In this document: one piece after another, positions 1 to 9,069 of the stretch | Layout of the letters: each line of letters opens with the position of its first letter | Numbering within the stretch: the stretch's first letter is position 1 | From: Candidatus Zixiibacteriota bacterium | GTDB lineage: Bacteria; Zixibacteria; MSB-5A5; GN15; FEB-12 | Direction: 5' to 3' | NCBI GenBank assembly: GCA_034659895.1 | Contig: JAYEIF010000208.1 | Location: forward strand, 1 to 38,420 | Length of the DNA: 38,420 nucleotides | The notes under the pieces: model-generated | Told to the model about the DNA's origin: nothing | Seen by the model: the letters and a program-made list of their open reading frames with translations, nothing else | Database searches by the model: none | Position numbers and translations under genes: made by a program

Positions 1-1074
1 ACTGCCAACGGTACCAAATCTAATGAGACCGTGACACTTGATGCTGCTGCTTCCTATGGATCTCTTTCGGATGTCGTGTCAGAGTTGAATAAAGATGCAA
101 CAGGGTTGGGGGGTGCAGCCTTTGGTGATGTTAAAGATGGTTCTGTGAATGACCTTGTTGCTTCTGTATACGATGATAACAAGATTCGGATTACCACTCG
201 CGATGAAGGCTCAGCTTATAGCATTCAAATGAATGCTGTAGGTACTAGTACTGGCGATCTCGAAACGTACTTAAATTTTTCTGAAGATGTGCTTGCAAAT
301 AACGGTATTGATGCCCGGGTCAGTTTTGATGAATATGTCAATACAATTGATACCGTCAATTATGCGAGTACTGGAACAACCACTCTTGCCACTGCAGAAT
401 TAGGTGATGCTAACCGCGGAACAATTTCAATGGTTGTCGCCAAGGGCTCCGGCGCTGGTGTTGAGCTTGGAGGTTCACTGCTTGATGTTACTGTTGCCCA
501 GTATGATGTCCGTCTCGACGGTGGACCGGCGCATAATATGTCGGCTGGATCTAACAACACAATTTATAATGCCGATCATACAGAATCCGCCATTGTGACT
601 TATGGACTGTCTTCGGCAGGAGGCACCGAGACGATTTCCAATGTGGATCGTTCATTGGTCTTCCAGATCGGCGGTAATGTTGGTCAGACAACAGAAGTCA
701 GTCTTCGATCAATGGCGGCTTCCTCTCTTGGGAATAACATATCTGGCAATTTGTATACATCGCTTGCCGGTATCGATGTTACTACGGTTCAGGGCGCACA
801 GGATTCGCAGTCGATTATTGACCAGGCAATTAATGAAGTGTCAACAACTCGTGGTACTCTTGGAAGTTTTCAGAAGAACACTCTGGATTCCAACCTGAGA
901 AATCTTCGAATTGCGTCACAGAACCTGATTGCTTCAGAATCACAGATTCGTGATACTGATATGGCCGCTGAAATGTCAGAGTTTACGAAACATCAGATTC
1001 TGCTTCAGGCTGGCACCTCAATGCTGGCTCAAGCTAACCAGGTTCCGCAGACAATTCTTTCTCTGTTCCGATAA
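1..1074 (+). CDS. fliC: Flagellin, 5'-truncated by the window edge
   Basis: Frame is open from base 1. Flagellin C-terminal signature FQIGGN...IDQAINEVSTTRGTLGSFQ...ASESQIRDTDMAAEMSEFTKHQILLQAGTSMLAQANQVPQTILSL; directly upstream of fliD. Confidence 0.95.
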   Translation, partial: TANGTKSNETVTLDAAASYGSLSDVVSELNKDATGLGGAAFGDVKDGSVNDLVASVYDDNKIRITTRDEGSAYSIQMNAVGTSTGDLETYLNFSEDVLANNGIDARVSFDEYVNTIDTVNYASTGTTTLATAELGDANRGTISMVVAKGSGAGVELGGSLLDVTVAQYDVRLDGGPAHNMSAGSNNTIYNADHTESAIVTYGLSSAGGTETISNVDRSLVFQIGGNVGQTTEVSLRSMAASSLGNNISGNLYTSLAGIDVTTVQGAQDSQSIIDQAINEVSTTRGTLGSFQKNTLDSNLRNLRIASQNLIASESQIRDTDMAAEMSEFTKHQILLQAGTSMLAQANQVPQTILSLFR

Positions 1075-1098
1075 GAACAGAAGAGTAGATAATAAATA

Positions 1099-1126
1099 CT
1101 TTGGGGGGGGGTTGCCTCCCCCAAAG
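1099..1126 (+). terminator. GC-rich hairpin after flagellin (probable terminator or mRNA-stabilising stem)
   Basis: CTTTGGGGG...CCCCCAAAG inverted repeat about 25 nt after the stop codon; no clear U-tract follows. Confidence 0.55.
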
Positions 1127-1197
1127 AGATTAGATTGAAAACGTCAGTACAATTTTTACTGGCGCGACATTGAAGTCAGGTATTACAGGAGTAAGTT

Positions 1198-3531
1198 ATG
1201 CCAGGCATTAATTCGATAGACGGCCTCAATTCCGGTTTTGACACCACAAGAATCGTTGATGCTATTATAAATGCTGAGCGTCAGGACGCTGTCCTTCTTG
1301 AATACGAAAAGACTGAAAAGACAAATGTAATAACCGCTTTTAAGGCATTTCAGGCTAAAGCACTTGCTCTAAGTGCGGCAGTTTCTCAATTAACCAACCG
1401 TTCTACTTTCAATGCGGCAACCGCTTCTGTTTCTGATGATTCAATTTTAACAGCGACAACTTCCGGACGAGTAGCTACCGGCTCGTATCAAATGCAGGTT
1501 ATGAATGTAGCGCGGAATCATCAAATTGCAAGCCAAGGCATTTCTGACAATGATGCGGGGATTATGGGGACGGGAAGTATAGAAATTCAGATAGGAGACG
1601 GCTCTCTTTACAATATCAATATCGACAGTAACAACAACTCGCTTGTGGGAATAAAGCAGGCAATCAATGATTCCAGTGTGGGAGTTACGGCATCAATTAT
1701 CAATGATGGGTCATCGTCTAATCCGTATCGCCTGATGCTGACTGCCGATAAGACAGGCCTGAGCAGTAAAATAGAAGTTACTTCCAATCTAACAGGCGGA
1801 ACAAACTTAAACTATACATCGGCGTTGTTTGACAGTCCGGAAATTATGTCATTTAATTCAGTCTCGGATTCGACTGTTTCACTTGATTCGATGGCTTCTT
1901 ACAGCGGTAATGAGAATAAAATATACTCGTTCACTGTCCTTGGCAGTGGAACTCAGACAGTCGGAACCGATGTAATAACAATTGAGTGGTCTGACGGCAC
2001 CAATTCCGGTCAAGTTAATGTTACGCAGGCAGACGCCGCGGTTGAATTGGTCGGCGATGGGGCGGACGGTCTTAAATTGAATTTTTCCACAGGTCAACTG
2101 ACAGCCGGCGATACTTTTCAGGTGTCTACTTTTGCCCCTCTTATTCAGGAAGCCTCGGATGCCAAGATATCCTTTGGCGCAGGCGGAGGCACTGGATCTC
2201 CAATTGTTGTAACTTCAGGAACGAATACTTTCGAGGATGTAATAGCGGGTGTTACGCTTAATGTTGCAAAAGTGACTCAGCCTGATGAATCTGTTACTAT
2301 TACTACTGATATTGATATTTCCGGAATAAAGTCAAAGGTGGATAATTTCATCAAGCGTTACAATAATGTGATGGATTATATCAGTGATCAGAATACTTTT
2401 GATGAGGATTCCGAAGAATCCGGTGTTTTGTTTGGAGAATCTTTACTGTGGACAATGCGCCATTCGATAAGTTCAGCAATTGGTTCAAAGATTGAGGGGA
2501 TGGACTCAGAGTTTTCGAATTTTTATTCTATTGGTATTCGCACTAATCTCGACGGCCATCTTGCGATAACTGACAACTCGAGGTTTGAGGATGCGCTTCG
2601 CAACAATTTGGATGAGGTAGTTGATCTGTTCACCGACGGCGGATCCGCTTCAAATAGCGATATTCAGTTTGTGTCCTCAACTACGGCAACAAAAGTTGGT
2701 GAAGATTATGAGGTAGATATTACAGCGGCGGCAACAAAGGGTGAAATGCAGGGAACCGCCATCAGTGATCCTGACGAAACTCCTCTGACTATTGATTCTT
2801 CCAACGACACTATTAAATTGAATGTCAACGGTCGCGAATCAGAAGAGATACGGTTGACCGCACGCACATATTCATCGTCTGATGAATTGGTCAATGAGAT
2901 TCAGAGTAAGATTGATAACGATGGACGCATTGGCTCTTACGGTGTGCAGGTAGAGTGGGTGGATGAAGGAAGCACTGGTTATCTGACATTTACAAGTGGC
3001 TCCTACGGCTCCAGTTCTACAGTTGAACGCATTACCTCTATTTCTGATTCAGCTTATGCCAGTCTTGGCTTAACCAATGCTACTTCAACTGAAGGAAATG
3101 ATGTGGCGGGCACTATCAACGGGGAAGAAGCTGAAGGGACAGGACAACTGCTGAAGGGAAAAGAAGATAATGAAACTACTGAAGGTTTAGTGCTCAGGGT
3201 AATGTTTGATTCGTCGGAGGTTGACGATAGCGTCGAGGGAACGATTACCATAACCAAAGGAATCGCCGCTCGTTTACGTGATAAGTTGTCCAGTTATACC
3301 AAATCTAACGTAGGTGCGCTTGACAGTAAGATAAAGAGTTACGAAACACAGATTGAGACTATAACTGAACGAGTTGAAGAGATTGACGAGCGATTGGTAA
3401 TGCGGCGTGAATCGCTGTTCCAGCGTTTCTACGAGATGGAGAAAACACTTGGCGAACTTAATTCCACAAAGGACTATCTTACGACACAATTGGAAAGTCT
3501 CAACTCTAATTGGATGTTTAATCAGAAATAA
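1198..3531 (+). CDS. fliD: Flagellar filament capping protein FliD (HAP2), long form
   Basis: N-terminus GLNSGFDTTRIVDAIINAER, central SNPYRLMLTADKTG, C-terminus RRESLFQRFYEMEKTLGELNS; position between fliC and fliS; SD AGGAG at 1187-1191. Confidence 0.93.
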   Translation: MPGINSIDGLNSGFDTTRIVDAIINAERQDAVLLEYEKTEKTNVITAFKAFQAKALALSAAVSQLTNRSTFNAATASVSDDSILTATTSGRVATGSYQMQVMNVARNHQIASQGISDNDAGIMGTGSIEIQIGDGSLYNINIDSNNNSLVGIKQAINDSSVGVTASIINDGSSSNPYRLMLTADKTGLSSKIEVTSNLTGGTNLNYTSALFDSPEIMSFNSVSDSTVSLDSMASYSGNENKIYSFTVLGSGTQTVGTDVITIEWSDGTNSGQVNVTQADAAVELVGDGADGLKLNFSTGQLTAGDTFQVSTFAPLIQEASDAKISFGAGGGTGSPIVVTSGTNTFEDVIAGVTLNVAKVTQPDESVTITTDIDISGIKSKVDNFIKRYNNVMDYISDQNTFDEDSEESGVLFGESLLWTMRHSISSAIGSKIEGMDSEFSNFYSIGIRTNLDGHLAITDNSRFEDALRNNLDEVVDLFTDGGSASNSDIQFVSSTTATKVGEDYEVDITAAATKGEMQGTAISDPDETPLTIDSSNDTIKLNVNGRESEEIRLTARTYSSSDELVNEIQSKIDNDGRIGSYGVQVEWVDEGSTGYLTFTSGSYGSSSTVERITSISDSAYASLGLTNATSTEGNDVAGTINGEEAEGTGQLLKGKEDNETTEGLVLRVMFDSSEVDDSVEGTITITKGIAARLRDKLSSYTKSNVGALDSKIKSYETQIETITERVEEIDERLVMRRESLFQRFYEMEKTLGELNSTKDYLTTQLESLNSNWMFNQK

Positions 3532-3569
3532 AATCTATATGGTGATAAATAATCATTGAAGGAGTAACC

Positions 3570-3998
3570 ATGGAAGGTAATCTAAAGACATATCGAGATG
3601 TTGAAACTGTCTCCAAATCGCAGATTGACCTCATACTGCAAGTCTATGACGGTGCCATTAAAGCTTACAATCAAGCGGCAGATTACTACAAAGTAAAAGA
3701 TTTTGATAAGGGCTACGAGCAACTCGAGCGTTCCAAGCGGTTTATTACTCATCTATATACAACTCTGGACGAGAAAAAAGGAGGAGAAGTAGCAGCTAAT
3801 CTTGGGAAACTGTATGCTTTCCTGCTTAATCAGACTGATTTTATTCAGGGGACGAAAGATTTGAAGGCTCTTGACGATAACATTAATATAATAAGTGAAC
3901 TTCGCCTGGGTTGGCAAGGGTTGAAAGATCAAGGGATAGAAGGACAGAATAATTCGGATAAATCACCAAACCCCGGCAGTTTTAGAGGATCGGCGTAA
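3570..3998 (+). CDS. fliS: Flagellin export chaperone FliS
   Basis: LILQVYDGAI and TLDEKKGGEVAANLGKLYAF, ELRLGW motifs; follows fliD. Confidence 0.93.
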   Translation: MEGNLKTYRDVETVSKSQIDLILQVYDGAIKAYNQAADYYKVKDFDKGYEQLERSKRFITHLYTTLDEKKGGEVAANLGKLYAFLLNQTDFIQGTKDLKALDDNINIISELRLGWQGLKDQGIEGQNNSDKSPNPGSFRGSA

Positions 3999-4003
3999 GC
4001 AAT

Positions 4004-4456
4004 ATGGACTATCAGGCAATAAAACAGTTGGAACGTGAATTAACTGCTGTTCTCAAAGAGGAATACTCTTTCTATCAGGCGTTGTATATCACGCTTGACA
4101 AGCAGAGAGATCTCATTAAATTTGACAGTGATGCAAGTCTTCTGGATCTTTTTGCAGAGGTCGAACGTTGTCAGTCACGGATTAAGCGCTCTGAGGAGAA
4201 AATCGAAATATTGAGGAAAAGGACTCCGCAAGGATTTAGGATGGTGTCAGTTTTGCCGGATGTCAAAAAAATCATCAATAGCATTACGACCTTGATAAAG
4301 AAAAACAGGGATATTGTGTCAGAGTGCGAAAGTTATCTCAAAGGACGCTCTGCGCGGATAAAAGAGGAGCTTGGAGAATTGCGTAACAGTGAGAAGATTT
4401 TACAGTATATGAGCGAAGGCGCCCCATCCCCTCAATTTGTCAATGGCAAGAAATGA
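4004..4456 (+). CDS. FlgN-like flagellar export chaperone (helical)
   Basis: 150 aa, all-helical pattern (L..E...Y..L.....KQR..I), C-terminal F(V)N.K end typical of FlgN, adjacent to flgM; mostly context-based. Confidence 0.6.
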   Translation: MDYQAIKQLERELTAVLKEEYSFYQALYITLDKQRDLIKFDSDASLLDLFAEVERCQSRIKRSEEKIEILRKRTPQGFRMVSVLPDVKKIINSITTLIKKNRDIVSECESYLKGRSARIKEELGELRNSEKILQYMSEGAPSPQFVNGKK

Positions 4457-4537
4457 ATCAAGAGTGGTATTATTTATGATGATTAGTGATGGCTCTTTGT
4501 TTGGTAATGATGAACATTTCATCGGAAAGAGAAGAGA

Positions 4538-4906
4538 ATGGAAATAGGACCACTGCATAACCAAAAGCCACAAGTGTCATCGGTCTCATCGGCGACTGAG
4601 CAGAAAGCGAAAGAAAATGTTCCATCAAAAGCTCAATCTGTTGACACTGTGGAATTGTCATCCGATGCGCGTGAGAAAATGGCTCAAATGGCAGACAGTG
4701 CGCGTGCAAAGTATGGACTGGGAGAGATGCCGACAAATGACAGTTCGGTGAAAAGTGAGAATAAAGCTGGACTTCGGATGGACAAAATCAAAACCGCTAA
4801 AGAGCGTGTCAAGCAGGGTTTTTACGATCAACAACACGTTCGACAGGAAATAGCGGACAAAATGATGGATGATATCAAAGGCTTTTCAAATGGAGAAACT
4901 GAGTAA
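4538..4906 (+). CDS. flgM: Anti-sigma28 factor FlgM
   Basis: DTVELSSDA motif and C-terminal RMDKIKTAKERVKQGFYD...EIADKMM match the FlgM pattern. Confidence 0.82.
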   Translation: MEIGPLHNQKPQVSSVSSATEQKAKENVPSKAQSVDTVELSSDAREKMAQMADSARAKYGLGEMPTNDSSVKSENKAGLRMDKIKTAKERVKQGFYDQQHVRQEIADKMMDDIKGFSNGETE

Positions 4907-4918
4907 ATAGGTGGCTTA

Positions 4919-5809
4919 ATGAATACAGCAACAGTTGAAAATAAGGTTAAACAGATTGTTTCAAATATCCGCAATTTTCCTACACCACCTATAGTATTTC
5001 AGCAGATTCAGAAAGTAATAAACGATCCGGACTGCACCGCTGCTAAGGTGGCCGCTATTTTGTCTGAGGACCCTGCAATGTCGGTGAAAGTCCTTAAACT
5101 TACAAACTCTGCCTTTTATGGCCTTGCGCGTTCAATTGACTCAATCAAACAGGCTGTAATGATAGTAGGTAATGAGGCAATTCAGAATCTTGTTCTTTCT
5201 ACAAGTGTTCTTAACATGTTCAAAGGGAAAGGGAAAGACAGTGATAAGGAATTCCAGGAAAGCTTTTGGCGGCACTCGGTAGCAACTGCATATTGCAGTC
5301 GTATCTTAGCTAAAAATGTAAGGTCTCGTGGAGTAGTTGACCCTGATTCTGCTTTTTCAGCAGGTTTGCTGCACGATATTGGGAAAATGGTTATTTTTTC
5401 TTTCCTGAAAGAGAAGCAGGCAATTCTTGATGACGCACGGGTGGTGGATGCAACATCTCTTGATTATGAACTTGAGGACAAAGTCTTAGGTTTTAACCAT
5501 GCACAAATTGGTGGATATCTTGTTAAACAATGGAAACTTTCCAAAAAGTTGAGCGATTCTATAATATTTCATCATTTTCCTCAGCAGGCAGAAAGTGAAG
5601 ATCCATTGATGTATTTGGTTTATTTGGCTAATTATGTAGCTAAAAAAACTTTTTATGAAGAGGATGATGCTTACAAAATTGGTACTCTTGATAATAATGT
5701 TGTCGACTTTATGCAATTGACAATGGGTGACTTTGACAAATTCAGCGAAACCCTTAAGGAAGAATATTTCAAGGCAGAAACGTTTATGCAGATGGTGGGT
5801 ATGAGTTGA
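4919..5809 (+). CDS. Stand-alone HDOD domain protein
   Basis: FPTPP, EDPAMSVKVLKLTNSAFYG, FWRHS, AGLLHDIGK, LGFNHAQIG, W.L....I.FHH.P motifs. Confidence 0.92.
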   Translation: MNTATVENKVKQIVSNIRNFPTPPIVFQQIQKVINDPDCTAAKVAAILSEDPAMSVKVLKLTNSAFYGLARSIDSIKQAVMIVGNEAIQNLVLSTSVLNMFKGKGKDSDKEFQESFWRHSVATAYCSRILAKNVRSRGVVDPDSAFSAGLLHDIGKMVIFSFLKEKQAILDDARVVDATSLDYELEDKVLGFNHAQIGGYLVKQWKLSKKLSDSIIFHHFPQQAESEDPLMYLVYLANYVAKKTFYEEDDAYKIGTLDNNVVDFMQLTMGDFDKFSETLKEEYFKAETFMQMVGMS

Positions 5810-5945
5810 TAACCTATTGCTGTTAGTATGAAATTAGCTGTTATCCTTCCATTTATTTTTGATATTTTCTGTTAATATGCGCTGTTAGAAACATAGGCCA
5901 TTCGAAGAAAATATGTTTTTGTAAATCAGAGCAAGTTATTTCACC

Positions 5946-5973
5946 TTGACAAATTTTTAGAAAAGTATATTAT
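5946..5973 (+). promoter_or_regulatory. Sigma70-type promoter for tRNA-Val/thrS
   Basis: TTGACA (5946-5951), 16 nt, TATTAT (5968-5973). Confidence 0.65.
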
Positions 5974-6026
5974 TATCGGTTCCACCTGTCCGATATGAAG
6001 GATGAAGGTTGAAAGATTGAAACTAT

Positions 6027-6103
6027 GGGCGATTAGCTCAGATGGTTAGAGTACTTGCTTGACATGCAAGGGGTCACTGGTTCAATTCCAGTATCGCCCA
6101 CCA
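6027..6103 (+). tRNA. tRNA-Val (anticodon GAC)
   Basis: Acceptor stem GGGCGAT/ATCGCCC plus ACCA end; D arm TAGCTCAGATGGTTAGAGT; anticodon arm CTTGC-TTGACAT-GCAAG; T arm ACTGG-TTCAATT-CCAGT. Confidence 0.98.
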
Positions 6104-6114
6104 TTTGATGATGT

Positions 6115-6159
6115 GAGCGGGTTTGCGTGGCCTGATCCACTCAATGATCCGCTTTTGTT
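6115..6159 (+). terminator. Imperfect hairpin plus T-run after tRNA-Val (possible terminator or processing stem)
   Basis: GAGCGG...CCGCTT outer stem with inner GTGG/CCAC, followed by TTGTT. Confidence 0.35.
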
Positions 6160-6161
6160 AT

Positions 6162-6223
6162 ATTTTGGAGCAAATGGTATTTGGAGCAAATGGTATTTGG
6201 AGCAAATTATATTTGGAGCAAAT
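6162..6223 (+). repeat. Four tandem 16-bp units, core ATTTGGAGCAAAT, over the thrS ribosome-binding site
   Basis: GGAGCAAAT begins at 6167, 6183, 6199 and 6215 (period 16). Confidence 0.95.
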
Positions 6224-6226
6224 AAG

Positions 6227-8152
6227 TTGGCTCAATTGCAGATTACATTTCCTGATGGTTCTGTGAAGCAGTATGAACCCGGGACAACCGGCTACGATAT
6301 CGCCTCTGCTATTTCTCCGAGGCTTGCAAAAGCAGCCATAGCGGTAAAAGTCAATGGTGAGATGCGTGACCTCAATGCGGTCATTTCTGATGATGCTTCT
6401 GTGGAAATACTTACTTTTGATAAATCTGAAGGAAAGAAAGTTTTTTGGCATTCCAGCTCACACATTATGGCTCAGGCTGTTCAGGAACTTTTTCCGGGAG
6501 TGAAACTCGCTATAGGTCCGTCAATTGATGAAGGCTGGTATTATGATTTTGATGTAGAGAAGCCGTTTTTACCTGATGATTTGAAAAAGATTGAGGGGAA
6601 AATGGGGGAAATCATCAAGGAAAATTCTGCCTTTTCCAGTAAGGAAATTGCTCGTAGTGATGCCATTGAGCAATGTCGCAGGGATGGTGAGGAATATAAG
6701 ATTGAGTTGCTTGAGGATATTGAAGACGAGACTGTAACCTTCTATTATCATTCGCGGTTTAAGGATCTTTGCCGTGGTCCGCACATTCCACGGACAGGTA
6801 TCATAAAAGCGTTCAAACTAACCTCGACATCAGGTGCCTACTGGCGTGGAGATGAACGACGCCCAATGTTGCAACGTATCTACGGAGTCTCATATCCTAA
6901 GAAAGCGATGCTCGATGATTATTTGTATCGTTTGGAAGAGGCTAAAAAACGCGATCATAGGGTCTTGGGCAAACAACTCGAGCTATACTCAATAAATGAT
7001 GAAGTTGGTGCTGGATTGGTGCTATGGCATCCAAAAGGAGCTCGGGTTCGAAATGAAATAGAAAACTTCTGGCGTGAGGAACATCTAAAGAATGGGTACG
7101 AGCTGGTCTTTTCGCCACACATTGCTTTACGTGGTTTGTGGGAACGAAGCGGGCATACCGATTTTTACAGCGATTCGATGCTCAGTCCGGTTGAAGTTGA
7201 GGGGCGCTTTTATCAGCTAAAACCTATGAACTGTCCTTTCCATATTTACATATACAAATCTCGCCTGTGGTCATATCGTGATCTGCCACTCCGATGGGCA
7301 GAGCTTGGAGCGGTATATCGCTTTGAACCAAGCGGGGTATTGCATGGTTTAATGCGCGTCCGCGGCTTCACTCAGGATGATGCCCATCACTTTGTGACAC
7401 AGGAAAATATGGAAGAGGAAGTCGTCTGGGTTATTAATTTTTGTGTTTACATTCTAAGTTCGTTTGGTTTTTCCAACTATGATATTTATCTGTCTACACG
7501 TCCTGAGAAGTCAATTGGAGAAGCCGAGGATTGGGAAAGGGCTGAAAGAAGTCTCAGATTTGCTCTTGAGAAAGCAGAATTGGCGTATCAGGTCGATGAA
7601 GGTGGAGGAGCTTTCTACGGTCCTAAAATTGATATCAAGATAAAAGATGCCCTCAATCGCAGCTGGCAGTGTTCAACTATTCAATTTGATTTTTCCTTGC
7701 CAGAGCGGTTCGATCTTTATTATATTGATGAGGATGGTCGTAAAAAGCGACCATATATGATACATCGCGCTTTGCTCGGATCAATAGAGCGGTTTTTTGG
7801 TGTGCTCGTTGAGCATTATGCCGGTAATTTCCCATTGTGGTTGGCGCCGGTTCAGGTAAAGATTATGCCTGTTACTGATAGCTTTAATGATTTTGGATGC
7901 CAAGTAGTTGACGAATTTACCAGCAAAGGTATTCGTGCTGTTATTGACGATCGTTCCGAGAAAATAGGTGCGAAAATACGTGATGCTGAATTGATGAAAG
8001 TGCCATATATGTGTATCGTTGGAGCCCGTGAAGCTGAATCAAAAACTGTGTCGTTGAGAAAGCATGGTGTTGGTGATTTAGGCTCAATGACTTTTTCTGA
8101 AGCTGTGGCGCTATTTAGGAAAGAGATTGATAATAAAGGACTTGATAGATAG
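6227..8152 (+). CDS. thrS: Threonine--tRNA ligase (TTG start)
   Basis: ITFPDGS TGS start, WHSSSH and DLCRGPH editing motifs, KPMNCP, RVRGFTQDDAH, FYGPKID. Start set at TTG 6227 (GGAG 8 nt upstream); the ORF-track start 6059 lies inside the tRNA. Confidence 0.97.
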   Translation: MAQLQITFPDGSVKQYEPGTTGYDIASAISPRLAKAAIAVKVNGEMRDLNAVISDDASVEILTFDKSEGKKVFWHSSSHIMAQAVQELFPGVKLAIGPSIDEGWYYDFDVEKPFLPDDLKKIEGKMGEIIKENSAFSSKEIARSDAIEQCRRDGEEYKIELLEDIEDETVTFYYHSRFKDLCRGPHIPRTGIIKAFKLTSTSGAYWRGDERRPMLQRIYGVSYPKKAMLDDYLYRLEEAKKRDHRVLGKQLELYSINDEVGAGLVLWHPKGARVRNEIENFWREEHLKNGYELVFSPHIALRGLWERSGHTDFYSDSMLSPVEVEGRFYQLKPMNCPFHIYIYKSRLWSYRDLPLRWAELGAVYRFEPSGVLHGLMRVRGFTQDDAHHFVTQENMEEEVVWVINFCVYILSSFGFSNYDIYLSTRPEKSIGEAEDWERAERSLRFALEKAELAYQVDEGGGAFYGPKIDIKIKDALNRSWQCSTIQFDFSLPERFDLYYIDEDGRKKRPYMIHRALLGSIERFFGVLVEHYAGNFPLWLAPVQVKIMPVTDSFNDFGCQVVDEFTSKGIRAVIDDRSEKIGAKIRDAELMKVPYMCIVGAREAESKTVSLRKHGVGDLGSMTFSEAVALFRKEIDNKGLDR

Positions 8153-8175
8153 TAAAAATATCTTAGGAGGATTTC

Positions 8176-8799
8176 ATAAGTAGTAAAGAACTGCGTATAA
8201 ATAGCCGAGTCAAAGTGTCGCCAGTTCGATTGATTGGTCCTGAAGGAGAACAAATCGGTATAGTACCGACCAGTGAAGCTCTCCAGCGCGCACAAGACTA
8301 TGGGCTTGATTTGGTTGAGGTGTCGCCTAAAAGTAGGCCTCCTGTTTGTCGTATTCTGGACTTTGGAAAGTATAAGTATGAACTTTCCAAGAAAGACCGA
8401 ATTGCCAGGAAAAAACAGCACTCTTTTCAGTTAAAGGAAATGCGTTATCGACCAAGGATTGATAATCATGACTTTACGTTCAAGACTAACCATGTTCGCG
8501 GTTTTGTCGAGTCTGGCAATAAGGTGAAGGTATTTGTAATGTTTCGCGGTCGAGAAATGGCGCATACTGAGTCCGGGCGGAAGTTACTTGAACGTGTAGC
8601 TGAAGAGTTAGAAGATGTGGCAACAGTTGAGATGAAACCACGTCTTGAGGGACGGCACATGAATATGATTATCGCCCCAAGTGTTGATGTGATGAAGAAG
8701 TTGCGAAAAAAAACAGATAAGTCTAAAGCGAAAAAACATAAAGAGAAATCACCAACAGTGGTTGAAGAAGAAAAAAACCAAACAGTTGACTCTGATTAG
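8176..8799 (+). CDS. infC: Translation initiation factor IF-3 (non-canonical ATA start)
   Basis: AGGAGG at 8165-8170, then in-frame ATA 8176 giving xSSKELRINSRV..VRLIG; DLVEVSP..RPPVCRILDFGKYKYE; FRGRE. Confidence 0.95.
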   Translation: MSSKELRINSRVKVSPVRLIGPEGEQIGIVPTSEALQRAQDYGLDLVEVSPKSRPPVCRILDFGKYKYELSKKDRIARKKQHSFQLKEMRYRPRIDNHDFTFKTNHVRGFVESGNKVKVFVMFRGREMAHTESGRKLLERVAEELEDVATVEMKPRLEGRHMNMIIAPSVDVMKKLRKKTDKSKAKKHKEKSPTVVEEEKNQTVDSD

Positions 8800-8832
8800 A
8801 ATAATTGATAATTGTAGAGAAAAAGGTAAATA

Positions 8833-9030
8833 ATGCCGAAGATGAAAACACATCGAGGCGCTGCAAAGCGCTTTAAGAAAACAGCGTCCGGCAAGCTAAA
8901 AAGGCGTAGAGCGTATAAGACTCATATTTTGACTAAGATGTCTCCAAAGCGCAGACGTCAGCTCCGTCGGCCGACACTTTTATCCAAAGCGGATACGAAA
9001 CGAATAGAACAGATGCTTCCCAATCTCTGA
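8833..9030 (+). CDS. rpmI: 50S ribosomal protein L35
   Basis: [21 protein letters not shown]; infC-rpmI-rplT order. Confidence 0.98.
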   Translation: MPKMKTHRGAAKRFKKTASGKLKRRRAYKTHILTKMSPKRRRQLRRPTLLSKADTKRIEQMLPNL

Positions 9031-9069
9031 TTGGTTGTAGAGCTGAGTTATATACAGGAGAACTAAAAG

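Noticed and set aside
1103-1111. G9 tract as a phase-variation switch
   Set aside because: Intergenic and explained as one arm of the hairpin after flagellin.
5974-5996. CCGATA boxes (both strands) as sigma28 promoters near the tRNA
   Set aside because: No convincing TAAA/TCAAG -35 at the right spacing; they form a 6-bp inverted repeat next to a good sigma70 promoter.
6027-6160. tRNA as an integration site for a mobile element
   Set aside because: No integrase and no duplicated tRNA 3' end noticed; housekeeping genes follow directly.
6162-6223. thrS leader repeat as a mini CRISPR array
   Set aside because: Units are contiguous 16-mers without unique spacers; no cas genes in the window.
6059-6226. 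56-aa N-terminal extension of ThrRS in the ORF track
   Set aside because: It runs through tRNA-Val and the repeat; homology and SD support TTG 6227.
6104-6226. T-box riboswitch or Thr attenuator upstream of thrS
   Set aside because: Leader is too short, no T-box consensus seen, and the uORF has no Thr codons.
7852-8421. 189-aa minus-strand ORF
   Set aside because: Antisense to thrS/infC; no motifs.
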